A stretch of DNA of 62,943 nucleotides, filler included, from Octopus bimaculoides (GCF_001194135.2; 8 parts of 8 records of this genome joined end to end with filler, not necessarily neighbours in it); one strand, 5' to 3'; shown: positions 47,869 to 60,561, numbered from the whole stretch's first letter. Notes: generated by a model not told the origin, from the letters alone. Numbers and translations: made by a program.

Positions 47869-47888
47869 CATTATTATTATTATTATTA
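47822..47888. repeat. (TTA)n microsatellite, 5' flank of the Dong-like insertion
   Basis: Direct reading. Confidence 0.97.
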
Positions 47889-48459
47889 ATTTCGTTTACA
47901 TATTCATAATTTATTCATACATTTTCCTTTGTTCCTATTTCCTTCGACCATGTCCATAAAATGGCCGACGATGTTGCTGTAATTTTGATGCTTGTTATTC
48001 CTGTAACCGTTCTTCTTTAGTCGTGGTTGATTATATCGTTGCTCATGTTTTAATATTTGTAGTAGTAGTAGTAGTAGTAGTAGCTTTTGTCTACGACGTC
48101 GTCGTCGTTGGATTCTTCATTCTTTCTTTTTCTTCTTTCACATTTTGCCATCCCCCTTCACAGTCTATGCTTCAGTTCACACACACACACACACGCGCAC
48201 ACACACACACACACATGTATGTATGCATGGTCTTGCTTATATATATTTTTAACGGCTCTACGATTTATCTCATAAGATCTTTTGTTTCCAAAGCTGTGGG
48301 CAAGCTTCATTAAATCTGTGTTCGATGTTTGTTTTGATTTGTTGTGCTTAAATAACTCACGCATGATCAGTCTACTTCGATTTTCAACCGAAGATCGGAA
48401 ACATGAAACTCGAAGTAACCATACTTCCCGCGCAAAGTGTGCATGTACAGATGGATAGC

Positions 48460-48529
48460 TATCTATCTATATATGTATATATATACATATATACACACAT
48501 ATACAATCATACGTAAATACATGCATTCA

Positions 48530-48577
<48 letters not shown>

Positions 48578-48745
48578 CATACATGCATATATATATGTGA
48601 GTGTATGTGTAAAATATGTATATAAATTTATGTGTATACACACATGCATATATATGTATATATTTATATATATACACATATATATTCATATATATTTATA
48701 TCCATATAATTATGTATTTGTATATATATATCAGGATACATACAC

Positions 48746-48783
<38 letters not shown>

Positions 48784-48793
48784 NNNNNNNNNN

Positions 48794-48862
<69 letters not shown>

Positions 48863-49030
48863 TGTATACAATCATAAATTTCTATGTATACATATATACC
48901 TATGTATATATGAATATATATGAAGATGCATATATATGTACATATATATATATATACACACACACACACAAACACAAACAAATTCGTACACACACATACA
49001 TATATATGCATATATACATGCATACGTATG
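48460..49030. repeat. Compound (AT)/(CA)/(CATA) microsatellite field
   Basis: Direct reading. Confidence 0.93.
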
Positions 49031-49518
49031 TGTGTTAAATCATTTATGTTGCTTCCATCCTGAATAGGTCTTAGGTATGATAAGACGTAAATGTTCTTTG
49101 TGTTGGTTATTTCTTTAATAGCCAGCAAGTTTCCCGTGGCTTCTTTTTTTTTTTTTTGGTCTAGGTGTTATTGTCATCTCCAGCCATGTTAATTGAGAAG
49201 AGACACAAAGGACTTGAATGAAAGGTTTTTGATTCACAATGTGAAAGGAACAACCAGTTAAAGTACATGGATGGGAAACGTGACTTGAATATAAGAAAAA
49301 CTATTTAGCAATACGTGATGTATATTGGGCCCTCGATATCTATGCTTGTGTCTATATCTGTGTGTGTGGGTGTATGTCTGTGGTCTGAGTGTTCGTGTGT
49401 GCATGTGTGTGTGTGTGTGTGTGTGTGTTTATGGAAATAATTGCATTATGTGTATACACACTTTATTCATAAACTAATATCAACCAATTTGTTGTAGTAA
49501 AAGCATCTGGTTTACTCG

Positions 49519-49564
<46 letters not shown>

Positions 49565-50240
49565 NNNNNNNNNNNNNNNNNNNNNNNNNNNNNNNNNNNN
49601 NNNNNNNNTTAATTAATTAANNNNNNNNNNNNNNNNNNNNNNNNNNNNNNNNNNNNNNNNNNNNGAGAGAGCATGTGCGTGTTTGTGTCCATATATATAT
49701 ATATATACACATATATATATATTATCTATCAATCTATGTATCTAAGCATTTATCTATTATCTATCAATGAATGTAACAGTATCTATGTAGCTATACACAC
49801 ATGTATCTATGTAGCTATACACACATGCGCTCGCGTGCACACACATATATACACACACACACACAAAAATACACATATACAGAAACACACACATACGCAC
49901 ACACACACACAACATGCAAAGAAATGTGTGTTTGTGTGTGTATGTATGTCTGCATGAATGTGTGTATGTGTAAGCGTTCAAATTATCTGTGTAACAGTTG
50001 GCGAATGCGCTGCACTGCACATGCGCAGTGTTATTCTGTGTCAAGGTTATCGAAATTTCCCCAAAAACAAAAGTGCGCCTGACATGTTTATTTACTTTTC
50101 TTGGCTTTCTTCGACAATTTCGATGTTTTTCTTGCATTTTTTTTTCTCTCTCCCGAAATATTTTACCATTTTTTCCTTCCTATTTTCTCTTCAGTTTTCT
50201 CTCATTTTGTTGCCTTCTTGCAGTCTTCTTCCTCGCTTGC

Positions 50241-50242
<2 letters not shown>

Positions 50243-50302
<60 letters not shown>

Positions 50303-50816
50303 NNNNNNNNNNNNNNNNNNNNNNNNNNNNNNNNNNNNNNNNNNNNNNNNNNNNNNNNNNNNNNNNNNNNNNNNNNNNNNNNNNNNNNNNNNNNNNNNNN
50401 NNNNNNNNNNNNNNNNNNNNNNNNNNNNNNNNNNNNNNNNNNNNNNNNNNNNNNNNNNNNNNNNNNNNNNNNNNNNNNNNNNNNNNNNNNNNNNNNNNNN
50501 NNNNNNNNNNNNNNNNNNNNNNNNNNNNNNNNNNNNNNNNNNNNNNNNNNNNNNNNNNNNNNNNNNNNNNNNNNNNNNNNNNNNNNNNNNNNNNNNNNNN
50601 NNNNNNNNNNNNNNNNNNNNNNNNNNNNNNNNNNNNNNNNNNNNNNNNNNNNNNNNNNNNNNNNNNNNNNNNNNNNNNNNNNNNNNNNNNNNNNNNNNNN
50701 NNNNNNNNNNNNNNNNNNNNNNNATATATATGTCTGTCTATCTGCCGCTTTACCAGTCTATCACTTATCTGTCGGTCTATCTATCTATTTATCTAGATAG
50801 ATAGATAGACAGAGAT

Positions 50817-50862
<46 letters not shown>

Positions 50863-50937
50863 GTCTCTTATGCTTTCTTCCATTTTACCAATTTCAATTC
50901 TCCCCTCCGCTTTTTTTTTTAACACTTTCTTCATCAA

Positions 50938-50970
<33 letters not shown>

Positions 50971-51660
50971 TTTCTCTTATTATTCTCTTTCTTATATCTC
51001 TCTTGTATATTATTTAATCACTTACCCCTCCTCTTCCTTCCCCTCGTTTCATTCTGCCATCATTTCTTCCTCTCCTATCTCTCTCTCTCTCTCCTCTTCT
51101 CTTCATTTATTTTTCCTTTTCTTTCTTTCTTTCTTTCTTTCTTCTTTTCATTCATTCATACACCTTTTTCTTCTTTTCTTTTTTTCCGTGTAGTTTTAAT
51201 CTCTTTTTCTTCATCTTTTTATTTGTTGTTCTCCATTCATATACTCGGCTTTCGTCTCCAACCTCACTGCCTCCCTCTCTCTCTATGTATCTGTCTATCT
51301 GTCGCACACACTCTCCTTTCCCTTTCGCCCCCTCTCTCTCTCTCTGCCTATTTGTTTCACACTCACTTCTCTATACATTGCTCTGTCTATGTCTCCTCTC
51401 TCTCTCCCACTCTCCGTCTCTCTCTCTCTCTCCCTGTCTTTCTTACTCTCTATCGTTGTTCTTCAATTGTTCTCTTCGTCTCATACTCTATCCCTCGCTT
51501 TTTCGTTTTTCTTCCTCGCATAACGTTTATCGTCTGCCTCCGTTTTCCATTCTCACCGAGTTTTTCTTTCAATTCATCCTTCATTTCCCTTACTCATCCA
51601 TTCCTTACCATTATTCTACCTATCTATGTTATCTATCTATCTATACATATGTATCTCTCT
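50243..51660. repeat. (CT)n, (AGAT)n and long CT-rich low-complexity tracts, includes a gap
   Basis: Direct reading. Confidence 0.88.
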
Positions 51661-51828
51661 TTTTGTATGTGTATATANNNNNNNNNNNNNNNNNNNNNNN
51701 NNNNNNNNNNNNNNNNNNNNNTTAATTAATTAANNNNNNNNNNNNNNNNNNNNNNNNNNNNNNNNNNNNNNNNNNNNTCACATAACATGCCTCCGAAAAT
51801 CTACCGAGGCGGACGCGACCTACACCTA

Positions 51829-51872
<44 letters not shown>

Positions 51873-53079
51873 TATATTATGTAATCTATTATATATATGT
51901 AATACAAATTAGTTAATCTATTATGTAGATATCATGCTTTTATTGTACGTAACAAAATACATTGAAACTAGTTTTGAGACGGTTCATTTGTGAAACCGGT
52001 TCGTCTAAAATACTGCGCTCTCTTCGCGATCAAAATATATGTACCTATGTAGGCGCGCATGCAAGTCTCCTTACAAGTTGTACGTATAAACATTAAGGTT
52101 ATTTTTTTTTTAATAATTTTTCATTTGAAGCCATTTCAATCATTTTACACTTGCTATGTTACATCCACGAGAGAGTCATGAACGTCACGTAATCTCATTT
52201 CTAATTACATATACGAAGCGTTGTGCTTGTGTAACTTGAGATATACTTAATGTTCTTTTCCTGAGTTACCAACTAAAAGAAAAAAGCTACAACATACATG
52301 TTATAAATCATCTGACGTAGGACTTCTAAACCATTTTCTTATCTATGAACCCCTTTGATTACTATTTTATTCTCGATGTTTAAAAACTAGTTTTATAGAA
52401 ACTTCTTTCAAAATTCCTATTTTGCTTTGTCGCACTTGTGTAGGTTAAACTATATAAAACAGAGAAAGAGACCTAGCTGTTTCTTGCAATACATACCAAT
52501 ACATATATCTAAATCGAAATATTTTCAGGAGCCCTTAAAATACTATCGTTGATCCTCAATTTACTATTTCATTGTGTGAACCCCAAAAATCTCATATGGA
52601 CCACCGATCAAACGTATCACTGTACCTATGTGTTTGTGTATATGTGTGTGTGTGCGTATATGTGTTTGTGTATATGCGTGCGCGCGAAGCTGGTGCTTTA
52701 TCCGTCGTTTCTCGTCTTCTAATTGCAATAATTTAGGTAATACTAATTATAGATATAAAATAAAATGAAAAAGTGAAATAAAAATCGCTTTCTAACAAAC
52801 AAATAAATAAATAATTTACTCTACGTTTATTAGATATTCATTCTCTCATTTGTTTAAAAAAACCAAAAAAAAAAAAAAAAAAAAAACCGCGTGTTCATGT
52901 ACATAGACACACGTATACGCACACGTGCGGTATATTTCGTGACGATGCATGTTAGTCTGTTTTATTTGTTCTGTCGATCCTTCTATTTCTCAACAGTATG
53001 TCTTTCTTTCCTTCAACTGGTCTGTCTGTGCGTCTTGTCTGGCTTTCCGTCTAGTTTTGAATAACCACTATTTATTGAA

Positions 53080-53283
53080 GCCAAGAAGAGAGCCACTACG
53101 TTGGTGAGGTAGGGTGATTAGCCACTCGACCAGCTAGAAATAACAACCAGATCTTACTGTGAGACCTAGTAATACGTAGCTACACGATGACTGAATGAGA
53201 GTTGGGATGGTCTTGGTTGGAAAGCTTTTGATTAATAGGTCTCTGCTTAATCAGAATATTGACTTGACGCTAAAGTACAAGAA
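53080..53283 (+). mobile_element. Repeat family D followed by (ACT)n
   Basis: CCAGCTAGAAATAACAACCAGAT...GGGATGGTCTTGGTTGGAA...TAATCAGAATATTGAC; (ACT)n runs to ~53380. Confidence 0.55.
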
Positions 53284-53315
53284 CTACTACTATTACTACT
53301 ACTACTATTACTACT

Positions 53316-53382
<67 letters not shown>

Positions 53383-53509
53383 ATGTATCTATTTGTTGAT
53401 TTTCTCGTTTGTATTTCTCAAACAAGTGCATCGACCTTATTAAACACGTTGGTAGAAGATCTAATCTGGAATCAGTTTGTACAAGACGAAGCAGTGTTCG
53501 AACTTCTTA

Positions 53510-53738
53510 TGTAAGTCACCGCTTGAACTGCTCGAAATAGCAAATTAACCACCTCGAATTACCCCCCCNNNNNNNNNNNNNNNNNNNNNNNNNNNNNCCA
53601 CACACATACACATACACGTACTTTCTGCTATCTTAGAAAAGGAAGCACACATTGGCTAAGGTAATTTACTGCACTGAAAGGGAATGCTTTTGGTCTGATT
53701 GACCAGGGTTTGATGACCTTGGAAACTAAGCAACACCA
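53510..53738 (+). mobile_element. Repeat family D, decayed, spans a gap
   Basis: CTGCTCGAAATAGCAAATTAA...GGACACATTGG-like...GGAATGCTTTTGGTC. Confidence 0.45.
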
Positions 53739-54287
53739 ATCTTAGTCCACAAACTCATTTGTTAGTAATTCTTTTACCTCTACTGTAGTGCTCTCTCTCT
53801 CTCTCTTTCTTTCTAATCTAAACTATTACTTAACCAACGTGTTTTTATTTGTTCAGTTGTCATGCAGCTAAACATGAATGTGATCAGAGAAAGCTGTTGT
53901 CATTTACTAGCTCTCAACCACCTCTTACCTGCCTCTTGTGTTTCTAGTCCCTGGCTGAGCATTCGACACAGCCTACTTATGCAGAGGAAAATAAAATACA
54001 ATAAAATAATAGCAAAAATGATGTATTTTTTTATAGGTCACTGTGAATTGATCTTTTCTACTTGCAGTTAGTTTTGATTGTAGATAGGGTTACACAAATC
54101 TGCAATATCTCCACTACAATTTGACAATGTTTTGTTCTCTTCTGCAAAGGATAAGATTTATATCTATATATATCATCTTTCATTTACAATGGTCACTCGA
54201 TGTCAAGAGGAGGTACAAGCGCTCACACATACACATACAGACATAGTTATCTATCTATCCAGCCATCCATAACCCACACACATTATA

Positions 54288-54515
54288 TCATAATCGTCGT
54301 TTAACGTCCGCATTCCATGCTAGCATGGGTTGGACGGTTTGAACCAGATGGCTGCACCAGGCTCCAGTCTAATCTGGCAAAGTTTCTACAGCTGGATGCC
54401 TTTCCTAACACCAACCACTCCGAGAGTGTAGTGGGTGCTTTTACATACCACCAGCATGAGGGCCAGTCAGTCGGTTCTGGCAACGACAACGCTCAAAGGT
54501 GTTTTTATGTGCCAC
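54288..54515 (-). mobile_element. RTE 3' UTR end
   Basis: Reverse complement ...CCCACTACACTCTCGGAGTGGTTGGTGTTAGGAAAGGCATCCAGCTGTAGAAAC...CCAACCCATGCTAGCATGGAATGCGGACGTTAAACG, nearly the same as 61165-61320. Confidence 0.85.
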
Positions 54516-54620
54516 ATAAAAGTACCCAGCACACTCTATAAAGTGGTTAGGTAAGGCATCCAGCTGTAGAAACCATCCCAAATCAGAGTGGAGTCTAGTG
54601 CAGTTCATTTGCAGCCAGTT
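54516..54620 (+). mobile_element. RTE 3' UTR fragment, inverted relative to the previous copy
   Basis: ATAAAAGTACCC...CACTCT...AAGGCATCCAGCTGTAGAAACC. Confidence 0.7.
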
Positions 54621-54967
54621 GCTTCCTCAGTCGGAGTCTGGAATGTCCACGTTGTTTCTCCCAATCTTCTCTGATACAGTTATATATATATGTATGTATA
54701 TATTTATATTTATATATATATANNNNNNNNNNNNNNNNNNNNNNNNNNNNNNNNNNNNNNNNNNNNNNNNNNNNNNNNNNNNNNNNNNNNNNNNNNNNNN
54801 NNNNNNNNNNNNNNNNNNNNNNNNNNNNNNNNNNNNNNNNNNNNNNNNNNNNNNNNNNNNNNNNNNNNNNNNNNNNNNNNNNNNNNNNNNNNNNNNNNNN
54901 NNNNNNNNNNNNNNNNNNNNNNNNNNNNNNNNNNNNNNNNNNNNNNNNNNNNNNNNNNNNNNNNNNA

Positions 54968-55118
54968 CATTACACATCCAACGGAGCATACTGGCTTCAT
55001 TCCTTGCGAGCTTACGTATGTCCTCAGCAGTTACAGCCCATGTTTCACTGCCATGTAGCATGGTTGTTCGTACGCATGCGTCATACAGTCTGCCTTTTAC
55101 TCTGAGTGAGAGTCCCTT
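54968..55118 (-). pseudogene. RTE-clade LINE ORF fragment (C-terminal to RT)
   Basis: KGLSLRVKGRLYDACVRTTMLHGSETWAVTAEDIRKLARNEASMLRWMCN, typical RTE (LYGSETW...E..MLRW) motif. Confidence 0.88.
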
Positions 55119-55131
55119 TATATATACACAC

Positions 55132-55165
<34 letters not shown>

Positions 55166-55211
55166 GTATGTATATATTTATATTTATATATATATATATA
55201 TATACACACAT

Positions 55212-55424
55212 GTGCGTGTGTCTCCCCTACCACTGCTTGTCAACTGGTATTGGTGTGTTTACCTCCCCATGACTTAGTGGTTTGGCAAAAGAGACCTTTC
55301 GAATAAGTACCAGACTTAAAACAAAATAGTACTGGGGTCAATTCATTCGACTAAAAGTTTCTTCTAGGCAGTGCCCCAGCATGGCCGCAGTCTAATGACT
55401 GAATCAGGTAAAAGATAAATGATA
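55212..55424 (+). mobile_element. SINE family B, 3' half
   Basis: GGCAAAAGAGACC...AATAAGTACCAG...GTGCCCCAGCATGGCCGCAGTCTAATGACTGAA. Confidence 0.85.
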
Positions 55425-55427
55425 TGC

Positions 55428-55570
55428 AGCGAGCTTCTTTCAGCTTCATTTTCAGTCTACTCACAAGACTTTGATCAACCAAGACACTTGCTCAAGGTGC
55501 CACACCGTGAGACTGAACCTGAAATCATGTGGTTCAGAGGCAAACTTCTTAACTACTCAGTCACACCTGT
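55428..55570 (-). mobile_element. SINE family B, 5' half, decayed
   Basis: AAGACACTTGCTCAAGGTGCCACAC and GACTGAACC read on the plus strand. Confidence 0.75.
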
Positions 55571-55644
55571 GTTTCTCTCTCTCCATTTCTTTCTCTCTCT
55601 GTCTCTCTATCTCTTCATGTATATATGTGTATATATATATATCT

Positions 55645-55846
55645 AGCATCCTCATCATCCTCATTTAGCATCTGTTTTCCATTCTGGCTTCGGTTGGATG
55701 GTTTGACTGGAACTAATAAACCAGAGAGCTACACTAGGCCCCTGTCTGTTTTGGCTTGGTTTCTACAACTGGATGCCCTTCCTAATGTCACCCACTCAAC
55801 AGAATGTACCGGGTGTCTTTAACATGTCACCAGCATGGGTACCATT
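55645..55846 (-). mobile_element. RTE 3' UTR end, older copy
   Basis: GTTTCTACAACTGGATGCCCTTCCTAATG; (CAT)n tail on the plus strand. Confidence 0.75.
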
Positions 55847-56044
55847 AATGCAAACATTGAAGTAATTAAAAACACAAGCTGCTTCTGTTGCCTGGTATGA
55901 TTGTAGTTCCATTTGTTTTATGTGTCTTGACCTGCAATACATAAAAGCAACACGTCTAAACTGGCTTATCTCCAAAATAGTTTGCTGTATGCTGCTGAAT
56001 AGGTCATTGTTGATGCTCTTCTTGACAGAATTACCCTCTCTGTA

Positions 56045-56800
56045 TGGTGAGGAACCCTACTTTGCAACCACGTGGTTTTGGGTTCAGTCCTACTGTACGG
56101 CACCTTGTGAAGTGTCTTCTACTATATCTTAGGACTGATCAATGCCCTGTGAGTGAATTTGGTGGACAGAGACTGCGTGGAAACCCATGGCATACATACA
56201 TACACACATGTTGTTGTTGTTGGCACTCCGTCGCTTACGACGTCGAGGATTCCAGTTGATCCGATCAACGGAACAGCCTGCTCGTGAAATTAACGTGCAA
56301 GTGGCTGAGCATTCCAAAGACATATGTACTTTTAACGTAGTTCTCGGGGAGATTCAGCGTGACACAGTGTGACAACTCTGAACCTTTGAATTACAAGCAC
56401 AACAGAAACAGGAAGTAAGAGTGAGAGAAAGTTGTGGTGGAAGAGTACAGCAGGGTTCGCCACGATCCCCTGCCGGAGCCTCGTGGAGCTTTAGGTGTTT
56501 TTGCTCAACAAACACTCACAACGCCCGGTCTGGGAATTGAAACCGCGATNNNNNNNNNNNNNNNNNNNNNNNNNNNNNNNNNNNNNNNNNNNNNNNNNNN
56601 NNNNNNNNNNATGACCGTGAGTCCGCTGCCCTAACCACTGGGCCATTGCGCCTCCACACATACATACATACATACAAAAAAACAAACACACAGCAAAAGA
56701 AACCTATAGAATAAGTACCAGACTAAGACTAAGTACTGGGCTTAAATTGTTTGAGTAAAATCCTTCAAGACAATAACCCTGCGATGAATAAAACAAGAAG
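56045..56800 (+). mobile_element. SINE family B split by a family E insertion
   Basis: 5' half to 56208; 3' half resumes near 56658 (GCAAAAGAAACCTATAGAATAAGTACCAG). Confidence 0.7.
56209..56658 (-). mobile_element. tRNA-headed SINE family E with (CAA)n tail, ~450 bp
   Basis: Reverse complement GGCGCAATGGCCCAGTGGTTAGGGCAGCGGACTC...GGTTTCAATTCCCAG (box A/B), unique body, (CAA)n end. Confidence 0.85.
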
Positions 56801-56936
56801 TAGAAAGAATAGAGACACAGAATTGATTCATAGCATTTGAAAAACTTTTTCCCATGCAATTTATATTTCAAAGATACAAAACTTTTCTTAGTGTCGTAAT
56901 CTTCTGTTATAATTCTATTTATGTCTAGGATTATCT

Positions 56937-57105
56937 ATAGGTGCAGGTATGGTTGTGCGGTTAAGAAGTTTGTTTCCCAGCCATATGGTGCCAGGTTCAA
57001 TCCCACTTTGTAGCATCTTGGGCAAATGTCTTCTACTATAACTCCTGGTTGACGAAAGTCTTGTGAGTGAATTTGATCGATAGAAACTGAAAGAAGCCCT
57101 CAGTA
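56937..57105 (+). mobile_element. SINE family B, 5' half, CpG-decayed
   Basis: ATAGGTGCAGGTATGGTTGTGCGG...CATCTTGGGCAAATGTCTTCTACTATA...GAAACTGAAAGAAGCCC. Confidence 0.82.
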
Positions 57106-57194
57106 TGTGTGTGTGTGTATATATACATATAAATATGTATAAATTATATACACACATATATACATATATATATAAACACACACACACACACATA

Positions 57195-57963
57195 CAGAGT
57201 GCGATGGGTAAATTGTTGTCATTTTATATTTTTTAGTTTGTGCATTGTTTATTTTTGATTTTGTTGACTACACAGTATAGTAGAGTCAGTTGGGCACCTT
57301 CTGTGAAAAAAACAACACCATGACGTAATTCACTCTGCCAGAAATTTGGAAACAACATGCTGTACTGCTTGACATTCGTGCTGGAAGCTCCAATATAAAC
57401 ATCTCAGAGTGTTTGGGTGTCAATCTGAGGACATGTACCGAGAGTGATGAAAATCAAACATTCACTCAACATCATGGTGTTTAGAGTGATTGCTAGTGAT
57501 GGCGACATTATGCCTCCATTCACCTTCCCACGGTGGCCTACATCAAGTGCCTGGAGGAGATAGTGCTGCCCTGGGTCAAGAGGGTGGTTGTGAGAAGACC
57601 CCTATGTCTGACAACAGGACTCTTTACCATGTCACACATGCAGGAGAGCCCAGTCATGGCTGTCAGACAATTTCTGTAATTACATCTCCCCTAACATCTG
57701 GCCACCTAACTCCCCAGACTGCAACCCCTTGATTATTATGAGTGGAGTGCAGTTGAGCAAGAGACTAACAAAACTCCTTGTAACACCAAAGATGAACTGA
57801 AGGCAAGGATTATGGCAGCATTCACCAACTTAAACAAGGAGACCATCCAGAAAAGTTGCAGGAGATTCCAAAGTCGTCTGGAGGCCGTGGTTGAAGCCAA
57901 TAAGAATTTTATTGAATAAATTTACTCTTTACTATTTCAAGATATTTTAATGTAATTTTGGTA
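57195..57963 (+). mobile_element. DD37D/maT-type Tc1-mariner, internally deleted; right end lost in a gap
   Basis: TA|CAGAGTGCGATGGGTAAATTG left end; coding remnant 57320-57919 with IMVFRVIASDGDIMPPF, QQDSLPCHT...WPPNSPDCNP(L)DY (37 residues between the Asp residues after a 1-nt frame correction) and RLEAVVEAN...FIE-stop. Confidence 0.88.
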
Positions 57964-59394
57964 NNNNNNNNNNNNNNNNNNNNNNNNNNNNNNNNNNNNN
58001 NNNNNNNNNNNNNNNNNNNNNNNNNNNNNNNNNNNNNNNNNNNNNNNNNNNNNNNNNNNNNNNNNNNNNNNNNNNNNNNNNNNNNNNNNNNNNNNNNNNN
58101 NNNNNNNNNNNNNNNNNNNNNNNNNNNNNNNNNNNNNNNNNNNNNNNNNNNNNNNNNNNNNNNNNNNNNNNNNNNNNNNNNNNNNNNNNNNNNNNNNNNN
58201 NNNNNNNNNNNNNNNNNNNNNNNNNNNNNNNNNNNNNNNNNNNNNNNNNNNNNNNNNNNNNNNNNNNNNNNNNNNNNNNNNNNNNNNNNNNNNNNNNNNN
58301 NNNNNNNNNNNNNNNNNNNNNNNNNNNNNNNNNNNNNNNNNNNNNNNNNNNNNNNNNNNNNNNNNNNNNNNNNNNNNNNNNNNNNNNNNNNNNNNNNNNN
58401 NNNNNNNNNNNNNNNNNNNNNNNNNNNNNNNNNNNNNNNNNNNNNNNNNNNNNNNNNNNNNNNNNNNNNNNNNNNNNNNNNNNNNNNNNNNNNNNNNNNN
58501 NNNNNNNNNNNNNNNNNNNNNNNNNNNNNNNNNNNNNNNNNNNNNNNNNNNNNNNNNNNNNNNNNNNNNNNNNNNNNNNNNNNNNNNNNNNNNNNNNNNN
58601 NNNNNNNNNNNNNNNNNNNNNNNNNNNNNNNNNNNNNNNNNNNNNNNNNNNNNNNNNNNNNNNNNNNNNNNNNNNNNNNNNNNNNNNNNNNNNNNNNNNN
58701 NNNNNNNNNNNNNNNNNNNNNNNNNNNNNNNNNNNNNNNNNNNNNNNNNNNNNNNNNNNNNNTCGATTCACTTCAACATTTAAGTTTAATTTATCAAAAT
58801 ATTTTTGTTGCTTTGAAATATATACGGAATTTTGTCAGTGAACAGGTTGCGGTTTCAAAGCAACAAAAAGTATATGTGTGTGTGTGTGTGTATTGTATGT
58901 GTTGACGCCCGCCATATGTCCATACAAACACAAACTGAAAAACAAATTTCCTCCTCCTCCTCCCAGTCTCTCACTCATTCTCTCTCTCTATCTCTCTCTC
59001 CTCCCACTCTCATTCACTTTGTTTTTATATCTCAGCCATATACATACCCATACACTCACCTTATCTACTATTCCTCTCGTCTATGCTTTCACATGCACAA
59101 ATGAATATATACACACATGTATGTACGTGCATATGTATGTATGTTTGAATGTATGTATTATATATATATATATATATATATGTAAGCACATGCACATACA
59201 TACATGTGTGTATGTATATACACAAACAAACGTGTTTGTGTATATATATGTGTGTATATATATATATATATAATATATATATATATATATGTATACATAT
59301 ATATATATATATATATATACATAACTGATGAAGGAAACAGAAGATGGATTTAGTATGGATGCTCTTTAATCGACATACCAATAAATATATACTC

Positions 59395-59482
59395 AAAGTT
59401 CAATGGTTAGAAATTTGGGCTTACACTCTTGAGATTATGAGTTCAATTCTTGGACTGGGCTGTCTGTTGCTTTCTTGTGCAA
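59395..59482 (+). mobile_element. tRNA-derived SINE head (family F) running into a gap
   Basis: GTTCAATGGTTAG...GAGTTCAATTCTTGGACTGGGC. Confidence 0.6.
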
Positions 59483-59821
59483 NNNNNNNNNNNNNNNNNN
59501 NNNNNNNNNNNNNNNNNNNNNNNNNNTTAATTAATTAANNNNNNNNNNNNNNNNNNNNNNNNNNNNNNNNNNNNNNNNNNNNCAGCGTGTCACCGATTCT
59601 GCCAGTTTGCCATCTTTATAAACAACAACAACAACAACCGGCTGGCATGGTTTGGATGGATTTGTTCCAAAACAACATCTCCCACATCGTCTCACTTCTT
59701 CATCGTTTGATAGACACAGCAGCAACAAAGAAAAACAAATTTCTTTTGTGGTCATGTTTGTGTTTACCAAAATTTTCTTTCACAGCCAGATAGGATGGCA
59801 GTCCATTAAGGATTACTCATG

Positions 59822-59940
59822 GAGCAATGAAATGAAGTGTTTTGCTTAAGAACACAACACATTGCCCAGTCCAGGAATTAAAACCATAACCTTTTGATCA
59901 AGAGTGCAATTCTTTAACCACTAAGCCACGTGCCTCCACA
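59822..59940 (-). mobile_element. tRNA-derived SINE head (family F)
   Basis: Reverse complement TGTGGAGGCACGTGGCTTAGTGGTTAA...TTAATTCCTGGACTGGGC...GTGTTCTTAAGCAAAACACTTCATTTC. Confidence 0.72.
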
Positions 59941-60215
59941 AAAAAGATTTAATGAATAAAATTGTATTTACATGGAAAGGAATTTACATAAGATTTGTAA
60001 AGAACACATAAGGACCTTATTTTGAGGTTGCTATAAATTATGGCTTACATATTTGTTTGCTCCTTTTGATATCATCCCAAATTCTCCAATAGCTGTGGGT
60101 GATGTTGATTTGAGGTGTCACATTCTTGAACGTTTTCCCAGATGTACTTTGTCAACCATAGTTACAATATCTGTCAAAAGATGTCTTTTCAACATGAATT
60201 TTTACAAAGATATCT

Positions 60216-60561
60216 AGTTGTAAATGTTTATTGCCAATTATATGGGTGTTCTATAAGAACAGACAATACTGCTATTTTAACCCCCAGGAGGACACCTCCT
60301 CAAGTTAGTTATTCAGTGTACTTTGCACTTGATATATATTGCATGGGGGGAGGGCGGAGAGACCTCTCTAGTATCCTAGCTTGGAGACCACTATATGATG
60401 AGATTTCAATCTTATTTTGATCATCCTTTGTGATGGATACTCGTTTGCTAGACATAGCGGTAGTTTACTCCAGCTTGCAATATATAGAAAAACAATGTCA
60501 CACAGTCAATGGTTTTGCAACTAACAAATTAATTCATTAACAGTGATTTTCTTAACGAACT
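60216..60561. mobile_element. 346-bp unclassified insertion flanked by an 8-bp duplication (AGATATCT)
   Basis: AGATATCT at 60208-60215 and 60562-60569; removing the insert restores the R4 PDIFVK motif. Confidence 0.65.

Noticed and set aside
49780-49827. 24-bp tandem duplication
   Set aside because: Ordinary slippage product in a low-complexity tract
56611-56658. tRNA gene (also the heads of families A, B and F)
   Set aside because: Box A/B motifs continue into SINE bodies; no complete cloverleaf can be supported
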